Origin: a virus
Taxonomy: Duplodnaviria; Caudoviricetes
Length of the DNA: 64,000 bases
Strand: one strand, 5' to 3'
IMG/VR virus record: IMGVR_UViG_3300017722_002753
Span: 1-64,000 of that record
Position numbers and translations under genes: made by a program. Positions 17,852-29,018 of this stretch are shown piece by piece. Within the stretch, counting starts at the first letter, position 1, and each line of letters opens with the position of its first letter. The notes under the pieces are model-generated. The model did not search any database. It was not told where the DNA came from and was given only the letters and a program-made list of their open reading frames with translations.

Positions 17852-20800
17852 ATGCCAAGTTACTTAAATTTCGACTCAACAAAATCTGAAAGGGACAAAC
17901 TTTTAGCTAAGAATCTTAAGAATCCTAGCGGAGGACCCCAATTGTTTACGCAAAGTAGTTATTCGGTGTCATCTCAGAATGAATTCTCGGTAAAGAATTC
18001 ACCACCCGTTGATAGTAATAGAAAAAATGATTTAAGTCAACCAACAAATCTTAATGTTTTTAAACCTGAAAATTTTGATATTTTTGAGACATTAGATACC
18101 TCAATTAGAAGAGCAAATTTAGAATTATACCCATATTTTAACACCAATTTAAATCACACCTTTGTTAGTTTGTTTACGAATACTAATAATGCTGGTGATT
18201 CTGAATTAATAAAGTTCGCGTCAAATCATATGAGGTCTAGTAATGGACCCGTGTTATCTAGAATTAGACAAAATCTAATAAAGGTAACCGATGGTAGAAT
18301 GAGAATTAGTGAGGCGTTAAGTGGTGATATAAGTACAATATCAGATATTGCTACGGGTAAACAACCCTTTATTTTACCTAACTATAAAATAACAGTTGCA
18401 AAAACCTTACCGGGAAAAGCGATTGATTTTGTACAAACAATTGCAGGAATAACTTTTCCGTTTTCAGAAATACCTGGAGATTACCTATCTGACCCTGAAA
18501 ACCCAACACCAAATTTTAGACCACAGGTAAAAACTGAAGTTGGTAAATTGTGGCAAGATGTTACAGGTGCGTTAGGTTCATTATTAGGTATTCAAAGAAG
18601 GCCAAAATTATCAAGAAAACCATCTGATTTATTAATTGAATATATGGGTGAGGGTCAAAAACAAACCCTATATAGAAATTTATCATTTTCAAAATACGCT
18701 CCCGATTACACAACAAGTGCGAGGTCACAAAATTCATCCAAGATTTTCGCGTTTGCAGATAACTTCGCAGAAGGTGTAAAAAATATATTAGGATTGGAAG
18801 CACCAAGAGGTGTTGCATATATTGGTGATGATAGAGGTACAGACGTTCAATTTGCTATGTCAGATTTCAACGGTAGACCCGTTAGAAGTAGTTATTATTT
18901 GAGTTTAATGTTTGACCCTGTTGCCGCGGAATTGTTCCATAGAGACGTTAATATTAACGAAGGAGGACCAATCAGTGGTAACCTTACATGGATTAGTAAA
19001 AATTCACAAAACAAGTTAGGTCTTGAGAATATGGAGTATGGTGAAGAGTCTTCTAATTTAGAAAAATCTTTATCTACAAAATATGGTTTCAGGGAAGATT
19101 CAATATTAGGAGAAACACAAAAAATATTAAATTCTTTACCGTCTGACGGTTCAGGGTTATCACACGTTGCAAATATTATCGACCAAACAAGTAGAGCATT
19201 TAAAGATGGTGACATCTTAATGTCAAGAGGTTCGGCAGTTAAATATGTAGATAGAGCAACAGGAGAAGAAAGCGGTGCAGAATTTTGTAGAGTATGGACT
19301 AAAGATAGACCATATTTTAACTTCTCTGACACAATGAAAAGAACTGCAAACATTAGAAAGTTTGACGATAGTGTAATGGGAGGTACAAGTAGACCTTGGA
19401 ACATTAACATGGGACCAATGTCTAATGGTAATAAATCTTTCGAAGGATCATCAAATATTTTTGACAAATATAAATTTGGACAAGATTATAACGGTAAAAG
19501 TTTTTATGCGAAAAAATACATGTTCTCAATTGAAAATCTTGCATGGAAAACATCGACAAGACCAGGTTTTACTGTTTTAGATTTACCATATTGTGAAAGA
19601 GGACCAAACGGAGGTCGTGTTATGTGGTTCCCACCATATGATTTAAAAGTATCAGAACAAAATAGTGCGAAATGGGAAGAGAATACTTTTTTAGGTAGAC
19701 CGGAACCAATTTATACGTACAACAACACATCAAGAAGTGGACAAATTTCATTTAAAGTTGTTGTCGATCACCCAAGTATTTTGAATTTATTAGTTAGAGA
19801 ACATTTTAAAGATAAATCAGATAAGGATGCTGATGAATATATCAATGCATTTTTTGCGGGTTGTGTTGATGTTGATTTTTATGATTTAATTAGAAGGTAT
19901 ACAACATTAGATGCTGATGATGTTAATTTAATTATTAAATTTTTAAATTCGGGTAAAAATCCAGATGAAATACAAAAATATAAATCTGTTTTTACTCCAC
20001 CGACAAGAACTAGTTCAACTACATTACCTATTGACCCGAACGCTGAGACTATTAAATTAGATATTAATTTAAAGTTTTTAAACGATAAACCAGAAATCTC
20101 AAACAAGAAAGATTTTATATCTAACGAATCATATAAAGATTTATATGATAATGTTATTAATAGTTCAGGAAGAACCGTTACTGAATTAACAAGTGAGTTA
20201 ACTAAATTACTAGACCCAACAAATACAACATATAATAAAACAAAATATAATAAAGATAGAAAACTTTTATATAACTCAGACCATCCGACTGGCGATATTA
20301 CAGAAAATGTTAATAAAAAAGTTACAGATTTAACAACTGTAATTACAAATGCCGTAACAGGTTACACAGATTTTAACACAAAATTAGAAACACTTAAAAA
20401 TGATATAAAAGAAAAAACTTGTGGAGATGTTACAATAAACATCCTATCAAGTTGCTCTGCAGCTGCGGATAATAAATATAACTTTAAACTTTCAATTAGA
20501 AGATCACACGCAATAATTAAAAATATTTTATCTAAAGTTGCTAATGATGGTGCAAAATATGGATCAAGAGACTGGTGGTCATTCACAGATTTACCTGTTG
20601 ATTCTTCCAAAGAAAAATATGAAATTAAAAAAGAATTTTCATATAAGGACGATTTAGGTTTTGAAAGAGAAGGTAAACTTATCATTATTAGTAAAAATGC
20701 GGGTGAAGAGGTTATTAACGAAAATAACCAAAATTGTCACAAAGAAGAATTTGTGAGTGAAGTTTTTAGAAAACATTCACCAGTTGCATTTGGTTGTAGA

Positions 20801-22633
20801 CAATCATATGTTAGAATGGAGTATCAAAAAACTCCTAAAAAAGAAGACGTATTACCAATAGAAAATATATCGCCTGGAGAAGAAATACCAAAAAGTAGAT
20901 TAATACCAGGAGAAAAAGTACCAATACCAAGTGATTATAAAAAACCAACAATTGATGTAATGAAAAGAATTATCATGAAGACATTGTCTGAGTGTTATTA
21001 TTTCAAAACAGTTGAGGAAAACACACCATTGGTATTCAAGTCGTTAGTTGAAAAGTTAAAATATTTTCATCCAGGTTTTCACTCAACAACACCTGAGGGA
21101 TTAAACGCACGTTTAACTTTCTTACAACAATGTGTAAGACCGGGAGACACCATTCCTATTAAAGGAATTTCAGATGATAGTGATTTAAATGCGAGAAATA
21201 CGACATTTGGACCACCACCAATTTGTGTTCTTAGGGTCGGTGATTTCTATCACTCTAAAATTGTGATAAGAGATGTCAATATTACATTTGAGGACTCTAC
21301 GTGGGATTTAAACCCCGAAGGAATTGGAGTTCAACCGATGATTGCTAACGTATCATTACAAATTAACTTTATTGGTGGACAAGGATTAAAAGAACCAATA
21401 TCAAGATTACAAAATGCGTTATCATCTAATTTCTATGCAAATACGGAAATGTATGATGAGAGATCTGAATCCACAAATGAAAAAATAGGGGGTGTAGATG
21501 CCGCAGTTTTTACTAAGGATTTTTTAGAAGAAATAAACGCAAACGGAAAACGATTAAATGAAGTTCCTGATGATATAAATGGTAAAGGTATTAAAGAAGG
21601 AAGCTACATTGGTGAATATGTTAAAACAGATAGCACAAGTACAATTGAATATAAAACATTAATAACAAATATTTTTGACAAGGTAAAAGATTATTTTGAT
21701 ACCTACCAAAAAACATACAACATAATAGTAAAAGAATACGGAACCAAAATGGCGAGCGTATACTTCTCACCAAATTATAGGAGTGTTAAAGATTTAACTG
21801 TTCAAACAAGTGAATCAAATACAGAAAATGTTGAATTATTAGGGGCCTATCCGTCAGGAAAAGAAATTGCGGTGTTAATGAGAGGTTTTAAAGCTGCGTT
21901 AGATTCAAAAGTGGAAACTTCAGACTTTGTTAGTATTTTAAATTTTAATGGAATTTTACCAAACTCAATTGAAGCAAACGCAAATAAGTTATTAAAAAAG
22001 AAATTTAAAGAAATTTTAATTGAGGGAGATAATTCATTGGTTGGTAAGATGTTAAGTAATTCATCAATCAAAACACTTGAAGATACAAGAAATGAAATAA
22101 TCACATTAATAGATAAAGCAAACTACATTGTAAAATATAAAGAGGATGGATCAATTAGTGGTAGTACAGCATCAAGTGCATTATTTACGTTACCAGGAAT
22201 CACAAGTAGTACAGAATTTTATGGTAAGTATTCTGATGTAATTTCTTACATTAAGAAACACCATAAAGATTTTACTGAAGATTTAGATTTATCAATAAAC
22301 TTTAATAGTTCATCTATTAGTGAGGGCAACTTTGAAGAGGTGTTAAGTATTGTTATGAAAGACCCAATATTAATTGGTGATGTTATAGACGTGTTTGGAA
22401 CCGAAGTTGACACTTCGAAGATGGAGAAAAAACTTAAAAAGTTTGCAACTCAACCAGAAGAAAAGAAATTCAAGGCACATAAAGAAGCAAAAATTAAAAC
22501 CTCATTAGAGGAGGTTATTTATGATATACAAACAACAGATACAATTACTGACACATCAAAGAAAGGTGAATTAGAAAAAATATTTAAAAATAAAAATAAA
22601 GTAGGTTCTACATTAAATTACTATAAACCATGA
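17852..22633 (+). CDS. Large tube-initiator / baseplate protein with an embedded OmpA-like segment
   Basis: FLGRPEPIYTYNNTSRSGQISFKVVVD and a second tube-fold-like block (CVLRVGDFYHSKIVIRDVNITF); SSCSAAADNKYNFKLSIRRSHAI resembles the OmpA-C motif. Confidence 0.55.
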   Translation: MPSYLNFDSTKSERDKLLAKNLKNPSGGPQLFTQSSYSVSSQNEFSVKNSPPVDSNRKNDLSQPTNLNVFKPENFDIFETLDTSIRRANLELYPYFNTNLNHTFVSLFTNTNNAGDSELIKFASNHMRSSNGPVLSRIRQNLIKVTDGRMRISEALSGDISTISDIATGKQPFILPNYKITVAKTLPGKAIDFVQTIAGITFPFSEIPGDYLSDPENPTPNFRPQVKTEVGKLWQDVTGALGSLLGIQRRPKLSRKPSDLLIEYMGEGQKQTLYRNLSFSKYAPDYTTSARSQNSSKIFAFADNFAEGVKNILGLEAPRGVAYIGDDRGTDVQFAMSDFNGRPVRSSYYLSLMFDPVAAELFHRDVNINEGGPISGNLTWISKNSQNKLGLENMEYGEESSNLEKSLSTKYGFREDSILGETQKILNSLPSDGSGLSHVANIIDQTSRAFKDGDILMSRGSAVKYVDRATGEESGAEFCRVWTKDRPYFNFSDTMKRTANIRKFDDSVMGGTSRPWNINMGPMSNGNKSFEGSSNIFDKYKFGQDYNGKSFYAKKYMFSIENLAWKTSTRPGFTVLDLPYCERGPNGGRVMWFPPYDLKVSEQNSAKWEENTFLGRPEPIYTYNNTSRSGQISFKVVVDHPSILNLLVREHFKDKSDKDADEYINAFFAGCVDVDFYDLIRRYTTLDADDVNLIIKFLNSGKNPDEIQKYKSVFTPPTRTSSTTLPIDPNAETIKLDINLKFLNDKPEISNKKDFISNESYKDLYDNVINSSGRTVTELTSELTKLLDPTNTTYNKTKYNKDRKLLYNSDHPTGDITENVNKKVTDLTTVITNAVTGYTDFNTKLETLKNDIKEKTCGDVTINILSSCSAAADNKYNFKLSIRRSHAIIKNILSKVANDGAKYGSRDWWSFTDLPVDSSKEKYEIKKEFSYKDDLGFEREGKLIIISKNAGEEVINENNQNCHKEEFVSEVFRKHSPVAFGCRQSYVRMEYQKTPKKEDVLPIENISPGEEIPKSRLIPGEKVPIPSDYKKPTIDVMKRIIMKTLSECYYFKTVEENTPLVFKSLVEKLKYFHPGFHSTTPEGLNARLTFLQQCVRPGDTIPIKGISDDSDLNARNTTFGPPPICVLRVGDFYHSKIVIRDVNITFEDSTWDLNPEGIGVQPMIANVSLQINFIGGQGLKEPISRLQNALSSNFYANTEMYDERSESTNEKIGGVDAAVFTKDFLEEINANGKRLNEVPDDINGKGIKEGSYIGEYVKTDSTSTIEYKTLITNIFDKVKDYFDTYQKTYNIIVKEYGTKMASVYFSPNYRSVKDLTVQTSESNTENVELLGAYPSGKEIAVLMRGFKAALDSKVETSDFVSILNFNGILPNSIEANANKLLKKKFKEILIEGDNSLVGKMLSNSSIKTLEDTRNEIITLIDKANYIVKYKEDGSISGSTASSALFTLPGITSSTEFYGKYSDVISYIKKHHKDFTEDLDLSINFNSSSISEGNFEEVLSIVMKDPILIGDVIDVFGTEVDTSKMEKKLKKFATQPEEKKFKAHKEAKIKTSLEEVIYDIQTTDTITDTSKKGELEKIFKNKNKVGSTLNYYKP

Positions 22634-22953
22634 GTAGGGATTATTTTGACAGGTATCAGTTTTTCATAGAAGAAGGAAATTTTAAAATTGTCCCTGGTAT
22701 AGAATTGCCGATTAAGGGAACTGACAAATATCTTAATTACAAAAAAGGTAAAACCAGATTGGATAAAGTTTCACAAGACTACTATGGTACACCTGTTTTT
22801 GGATGGTTAATTTTACAAGCAAATCCACAATCAAGTAGTATAGAATTTGAGATTCCCGATAATTTCTTATTAAGAGTCCCGTTTCCCCTAACAAGCTCTT
22901 TACAAGATTATAAAAGAGGTGTAGAATTGTATAACTTATATTATGGGGAGTAA
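22630..22953 (+). CDS. LysM-like baseplate wedge protein (gp53-like)
   Basis: TRLDKVSQDYYGTPVFGWLILQANP...FLLRVP is the LysM/gp53-type pattern. Confidence 0.7.
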   Translation: MSRDYFDRYQFFIEEGNFKIVPGIELPIKGTDKYLNYKKGKTRLDKVSQDYYGTPVFGWLILQANPQSSSIEFEIPDNFLLRVPFPLTSSLQDYKRGVELYNLYYGE

Positions 22954-25900
22954 CAGAGAAAAGCATAGTGAGGATATTTTAGTGAAGGTCGATCAGAATA
23001 ATCTGATGTACATCGACCCTAATAGTGTTATAAGTAAAAAGGGAGAAATTTTACCTAGAGGTATAGACCAAGAAAACTTAGTAATGTATGTAAATCTCGA
23101 AGCAGATTTAATACCAAGGTCAACATTACTAGCCACTAACGATAAAAATACCATGACAGAAATTGTAAAGGGAACTTTAAATTTTATGTCAAACAATGGT
23201 AAGGATTTTGATTCAACTTGGACAAACTCATATAACGGTACCGACACCCCGAGTAAATTTGATAGTGAAGGTAACCCAACAGAATTTAAAGTTACAGACA
23301 CAAATTTTGATGCATCGGCACAATCATTTGGTATCCAAAGTATTAATATAACGGTAAAAGGATCGAACTTTGTACCACAAGTACAAATAAACTTTGTTGA
23401 CGTTAGAGGTAAAACATTATTTGAATCACCAGAAAATTCACCATATAAAGCATTCTTTCATATTCCTTGGCCAATATTTTATTTAACCGTTAAAGGTTAT
23501 TACGGTAAGGCGATAAAATATAGATTACACTTAGTTAAATTCAGTAGTAAATTTAATCCTGCAAATGGTAATTTTGAAGTTACAACAACTTTTGTAGGAT
23601 CAACGTATGCTTACATGAGTGACATACCTTTAAAGGCGGCATTATATGCACCATTTATGTTTGGTATTGAAAGTGTCGACACTCCCCAATTTAATGAAGG
23701 AAGTCAAAGTTATATACAAAAGGTTTCCAAGTCATCAAGAGGGTATGCATTATTAAATTCGGTTTATTCCGAATACAAGAGAAAAAATTTAATACCAAAA
23801 GACTTCCCAACTAAAACACTAAAAGAAGTTGGAATTATTGCAAAATCATTAGATAAACTTTTAGAAAAAGAAATATTTGATGAGGTTGTAGATATGAAAC
23901 TTTTTGCGGCCTTAAAAGAATTTGGTGATAGAATCACATCTTTTGAGAACGACATTAAATCTTGGGCAAAAAGAACATTGAGTCAAACACCCATTCCTAA
24001 AAATGATATTCTTTATTTTGAACTATCATCGGTGAATAAATCTGAAATGACAAATATCACTGGTAGTACATCAACAACAACCTTAGAAAAATTAATTAAC
24101 AATAATAAAATTAAGGTTAAAGAGAGTCAATTATTAACTTTAAACGTAACCAATAAAACAGGAACCAATTTTAATTCTCAAACTATTTTATCGAGAAATG
24201 TGGAGGAGGTAGGAAACTACTATATAATAGAAAACGGTGGTAAAGTATTGGTTGCAATAAATAAATTAATTGACGACATCGGAGGTATACGTACAACATT
24301 TAATCAACAAAAACAGAAATTACAGGATTTTGTTGAACAAAAAATGAATACCATCGTTAAAAGAAATGGACCTGGTACTTTAGGTTTTGAACCAACGGTT
24401 AGAAATGTTTTTGCAATTATATTAGCCAATGCTGAAGTGTACATCAGATTAATGAAAGATATACACCAACGTGCAATCGATGTTGGACAAGAAAGAAAAG
24501 ACGTAATAAAAAATTTTAGTAAAGAAAGTAAAGGAGACTCAATTTATCCTTGGCCCGAAATAAAAAAACCTTTCTCCAACGGAAAACAAAATATAATTGC
24601 GTATCCTGCCGACGCTGAATTAGTTAGTAAATTACAATCTAACAATCCTGTCTTGTGGCCTGAAGTTGACTTTATAGAAAACTATATTGGAATTACTACA
24701 AATCGATATGACCCATTAGGTAATAAAGAACAAGGTGCAAATAACATCTCATATATTTTTGAAGGAAGTGATTTTGACGAAACAAAAATAAAACCAATTA
24801 GTACATTATTGAATGTTAACGGTTCATTTCCATATACAGATAAAACTCACACCGCTTTGTTATATGAAATATGGGAAAGGTCAAAATATGCAACATTAAT
24901 CGATTCATTTAATACATCAACAGTACAAGAATTGGCACTTAATGAATTTGGAAACATTTACCAATGTATTCAAGACGACGATGATTTATTAGGGGTACTT
25001 TATAATAACGTTAATTCAGATATAGATTTGGAAACGTTATTACCGGGACTATCTGTTTTTGATAGATACCCATATAAAAAGGATAATTTACCAACTACAC
25101 CATCGATTGTTGACGTGTTTGATTTTCCATTCTCAATAAAGCAATATACAAATTTAAATAAAGCGACTTCGGTTGCGGATAATTACACAGGTTTAACTGA
25201 AAATTTAATATCATATTCGGGACCCGAATATAGAACAAACGTTTATCCATTTAACACACCAACATATCTATCCTATATTAATAAAACTAATTTTGATACC
25301 GATGAGTTAAAACCAAATGGTACTCTTAGTTTAAACTTAAGTGAAGGTTTTATATGTTCACCAATTGATGGAAAGGCATGGGTTAAGAGTATATATACCG
25401 AAAACTTATTTGGTCAATATTTTAAAATATCAAATAGTAAAACGGAGACATCAACAAGTATTTTAAACACACCTTATTTTCATAAACAACTACATGATGA
25501 TTTCATTAAGAGTAGTCCATATGGTAAATTTGCAACATCCGCTTACCTACTTTTAAACTCGTTACCATTTAAAGACTTAAATGATGAAATCGAATTTAAT
25601 GGTAATAAGACAAGAATGTCTACCATGTTTAGAGAAGTTGGAGCAACACACTTTATTCCATATTATTTAATATTAAAATGGGGTTCCATATATCACAGAT
25701 ATAAAACATATATTAACGTCGAAAATATTGGTTTTAATGATATTTTAAGTGGAGCAACTACACCAATTGACACTCAATTATTTTTTGGTGTGTCCGGAGA
25801 AACCTCAACACCGATAACCACATTTACATATACTGATGAATCGTCATCACCTGTGACTATAAATTACAGTGACAGTGTGGGGGTACATCCATTTTATGAC

Positions 25901-28771
25901 GCGTTATATCACCAAATTGTAAAAGGAACTAACCACTATGTTGTTAGCGGGGGTACAACCGCATTTCAAGATAGTATTGATGAAAAAGTTATTAGAATAA
26001 GTAAAAGAAATATTTTTAACAAAACTAATTTTGTAACTCAATTTGTTGATAACTCACAATTTGCAGGAAACGGTTCGGATTCAACATACACAATATTACC
26101 ATGTGATGGTGGAAATATATATAGTGGTAAGAAAGTTGAAACGTTCAACAAGGAGACCGCAAGAGTTTTAGGTACAATTGCTGGATCAGCAGATATAACA
26201 GGAAATAATATTGCAACTGAAGAACAATTAAATTTTAGAGTTATTTGGTCTGACGATACAATTAATAACGACTACAGTGGTGTGACGTTACCATCGTATG
26301 AAGAATATTTCTCAACAACGGGTAACACATACGAAACAGGAAACTATAAAAAAGTATTAGATTTAATTGCAACTTTCAGTCCAATTTTATTAGATGAATT
26401 TGAAAATATATTTTTAAATTTTGCAAGTGAGAGATTAGTGGAGGAGTTACCATATAAAACATTCGATAAGGTAAAATATTATAAATTTCAAGATTTATTA
26501 GAAAGTATTCTAACGGTTGAAAAAAAGGCAGGAGACGACTCTCTACCAATTACAGAGGTTATTAAAAGTATTAAAGAAAGACAAGTTGAAAAATTAAAAC
26601 AAGTAAGTAATGATTTATTGGTAAATGATTCTTTATTAAAGGTAACACTTGGTAATCCAAAAGAAATTAATCCACATGTTTTGGACGGTTTTTGTGAAAT
26701 TAGTACAGATAACACATTTAGTTATAATCGTTATTATATTAACGAATCATTAGGTAATCAAGGAGATATTAATAGAGATTATTTAAATCTTTATTTAGGT
26801 CCAAACAAATTAACTGATGTTGAAAAGGTCTTATCTGACCCAATCACAGGACTTTCATTTTACGAACAATTCTTTATTGTTAATGATGTTGAATTTAAAC
26901 CCGAAAACATTTTACAATTCAGACCAATCATTCAACTTTATGCGGGATGGGCAAATAGTGGATACACCGCAAACACTGGATTTACCCCAACATCGAATGA
27001 TTTTAAATCATTTTTAAGATTATCAATATTTGATGGTAACGATGGTTCAAAAAAGAGACAAACTGATTTTTTACAAAAATTAATACCGTTGTTTGATTAT
27101 TTAAAAACAAAACAAAGGGTCGGAGGAATAAAATTAGATAATGGTTATAATAACGAATTATTAAAACTTGAGATATATAATCACTTTAAATCATTTAATG
27201 ACAAATGGGTTGCGGGTAATTCTATTGGGCAAAGAACATTATTAGAGGAGTTTTTATTTTTAGATAAAGCCAATAGAGATATTGGAGATAAGGTTTTCTT
27301 GAATTTAGATAAATTAATTGACATCACCGATGAAAAGAATGGAAAACTAAATTTATATGGAGCGTTAGGAGCATTGATTGCGGGAACAGGATTTGACATG
27401 AGAGCCCTACCGGCTTATGTTAATTTCTATGGAACCAACTTTTCAAATAAAACCAAAATTACACCATCTAAAACTGTTGCAAAAAATTTATTTGGAACAT
27501 TCTTAGAAGTTGATTACCAAGAGTCCGCACCAAAAATTGTGGTACAATATGTCGACGGACCCGTTTCTAAACGACCGGCGGACATGGGAGAAAAATATAA
27601 ATTCCAAGATGATAGTTTTAATATCGGTAACGTAAATAATAATTCATTAATTATTACAACGCCCGATGTATTCAATACTGAGAATTTATCGAAATCAAAT
27701 AAAGTGGTTGCGTTTGAAGTTAGTGTTGGTGACCAAAACCAAAGTATCTTTAAGAGTATACAATTGGACCAAGCAACACTTAAAAACACATCAGAATCAT
27801 TTGTGGTTTTAGAAAACTTAGCAAGATCTGAATCGGGAGCAGGAACATATAATGTAGACATTGGTTTATTTGATTACTATAGACAAGCGTCATATAGTTG
27901 TGAGGTAACATGTATGGGTAATGTAATGATACAACCAACAATGTTCTTTTATTTAAAAAATATACCAATGTTTAAGGGTTCATATTGGATTACTGAGGTG
28001 AGTCATCAAATTAGAGGTACAGGTATCGAAACGACTTTTAAAGGAACTAGACTTCCATCAATATCGTTACCCGACCCTAAAGATTCGTTCGTATCAAGTT
28101 ATAGAACCCTGTTTGATAAAATCATGAATAAAGCGGTGGTTAAGATAAACGAATTAAACAAAAGCACCACAACAAGTGAAATTGTAATCACTGCACAAGG
28201 AAGTTTCGTAATTGATAAAGGTGAGAAAAAAATCAATGGAGAGGAATTAATAAAAGAATCAAACGTTGATGAATTTGGTATCCCATACAATGGAGCAGAA
28301 AATGAAAAATATATCCAAAAGGTTAAATTTGGAAATAAAGAATGGTATAGGGCGGTTGCAATTGAAATGGGAAGTGAAAAATACCCAATACCGGCTGACA
28401 CAACTATGTCAATCGTTAATTTAGAAGGAACTTTAAAACATATTAAATGGTCGGGAATTAAGGATAATGGTCAGAAATACTACTCAACCAAATTTATACC
28501 GTCATCTACACCTGCTAAATTATTACTTTCTAATCAGACCCAAACGGTGTTTTTAAATCCTGAAAAACCTAGCGATGAAATAACATTAGACCACTATGTA
28601 AACCAAGTATTAGAGAACGATGTGGTAAAATATGACCAATCAACATTCCAAGGTCCAATTAATATAGGACCAAATGTTATAGGTTATGGTATCGGATTAT
28701 CCAAGAAACTGATGGATGATTTAAAAGTTTTTCCAGGTGGAGTCCTTTATTTCCGAATAAAAAAGAAATAA
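22943..28771 (+). CDS. Large baseplate hub protein (gp27/gpD-like elements)
   Basis: N-terminal FGIQSINITVKGSNFVPQVQINFVDVRG; late block CEVTCMGNVMIQPTMFFYLKNIPMFKGSYWITEVSHQI typical of hub proteins. Confidence 0.6.
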   Translation: MGSNREKHSEDILVKVDQNNLMYIDPNSVISKKGEILPRGIDQENLVMYVNLEADLIPRSTLLATNDKNTMTEIVKGTLNFMSNNGKDFDSTWTNSYNGTDTPSKFDSEGNPTEFKVTDTNFDASAQSFGIQSINITVKGSNFVPQVQINFVDVRGKTLFESPENSPYKAFFHIPWPIFYLTVKGYYGKAIKYRLHLVKFSSKFNPANGNFEVTTTFVGSTYAYMSDIPLKAALYAPFMFGIESVDTPQFNEGSQSYIQKVSKSSRGYALLNSVYSEYKRKNLIPKDFPTKTLKEVGIIAKSLDKLLEKEIFDEVVDMKLFAALKEFGDRITSFENDIKSWAKRTLSQTPIPKNDILYFELSSVNKSEMTNITGSTSTTTLEKLINNNKIKVKESQLLTLNVTNKTGTNFNSQTILSRNVEEVGNYYIIENGGKVLVAINKLIDDIGGIRTTFNQQKQKLQDFVEQKMNTIVKRNGPGTLGFEPTVRNVFAIILANAEVYIRLMKDIHQRAIDVGQERKDVIKNFSKESKGDSIYPWPEIKKPFSNGKQNIIAYPADAELVSKLQSNNPVLWPEVDFIENYIGITTNRYDPLGNKEQGANNISYIFEGSDFDETKIKPISTLLNVNGSFPYTDKTHTALLYEIWERSKYATLIDSFNTSTVQELALNEFGNIYQCIQDDDDLLGVLYNNVNSDIDLETLLPGLSVFDRYPYKKDNLPTTPSIVDVFDFPFSIKQYTNLNKATSVADNYTGLTENLISYSGPEYRTNVYPFNTPTYLSYINKTNFDTDELKPNGTLSLNLSEGFICSPIDGKAWVKSIYTENLFGQYFKISNSKTETSTSILNTPYFHKQLHDDFIKSSPYGKFATSAYLLLNSLPFKDLNDEIEFNGNKTRMSTMFREVGATHFIPYYLILKWGSIYHRYKTYINVENIGFNDILSGATTPIDTQLFFGVSGETSTPITTFTYTDESSSPVTINYSDSVGVHPFYDALYHQIVKGTNHYVVSGGTTAFQDSIDEKVIRISKRNIFNKTNFVTQFVDNSQFAGNGSDSTYTILPCDGGNIYSGKKVETFNKETARVLGTIAGSADITGNNIATEEQLNFRVIWSDDTINNDYSGVTLPSYEEYFSTTGNTYETGNYKKVLDLIATFSPILLDEFENIFLNFASERLVEELPYKTFDKVKYYKFQDLLESILTVEKKAGDDSLPITEVIKSIKERQVEKLKQVSNDLLVNDSLLKVTLGNPKEINPHVLDGFCEISTDNTFSYNRYYINESLGNQGDINRDYLNLYLGPNKLTDVEKVLSDPITGLSFYEQFFIVNDVEFKPENILQFRPIIQLYAGWANSGYTANTGFTPTSNDFKSFLRLSIFDGNDGSKKRQTDFLQKLIPLFDYLKTKQRVGGIKLDNGYNNELLKLEIYNHFKSFNDKWVAGNSIGQRTLLEEFLFLDKANRDIGDKVFLNLDKLIDITDEKNGKLNLYGALGALIAGTGFDMRALPAYVNFYGTNFSNKTKITPSKTVAKNLFGTFLEVDYQESAPKIVVQYVDGPVSKRPADMGEKYKFQDDSFNIGNVNNNSLIITTPDVFNTENLSKSNKVVAFEVSVGDQNQSIFKSIQLDQATLKNTSESFVVLENLARSESGAGTYNVDIGLFDYYRQASYSCEVTCMGNVMIQPTMFFYLKNIPMFKGSYWITEVSHQIRGTGIETTFKGTRLPSISLPDPKDSFVSSYRTLFDKIMNKAVVKINELNKSTTTSEIVITAQGSFVIDKGEKKINGEELIKESNVDEFGIPYNGAENEKYIQKVKFGNKEWYRAVAIEMGSEKYPIPADTTMSIVNLEGTLKHIKWSGIKDNGQKYYSTKFIPSSTPAKLLLSNQTQTVFLNPEKPSDEITLDHYVNQVLENDVVKYDQSTFQGPINIGPNVIGYGIGLSKKLMDDLKVFPGGVLYFRIKKK

Positions 28772-28810
28772 TAACAATATTGGGATATTTATACTTATAA
28801 CATTAATAAT

Positions 28811-29014
28811 ATGGAGAACAATAAAATGAACAACAGTATTAATCAATTCTTAAATCCAAAACAAGTTAAGACCGTATCTGACGATGGAATGGAGAGAGAA
28901 GAATGTGATTTAGTAACAGGAGAATGTTACACAATTAGAGAAAAAGACGGAATCGTTGAAAGAATAAATAAAAGGTACATCACAAATGATGGTAGACAAT
29001 TATTACAAGACTAA
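28811..29014 (+). CDS. Hypothetical protein (67 aa)
   Basis: Preceded by TATTTATA at 28786-28793; contains CDLVTGEC. Confidence 0.65.
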   Translation: MENNKMNNSINQFLNPKQVKTVSDDGMEREECDLVTGECYTIREKDGIVERINKRYITNDGRQLLQD

Positions 29015-29018
29015 AGCT

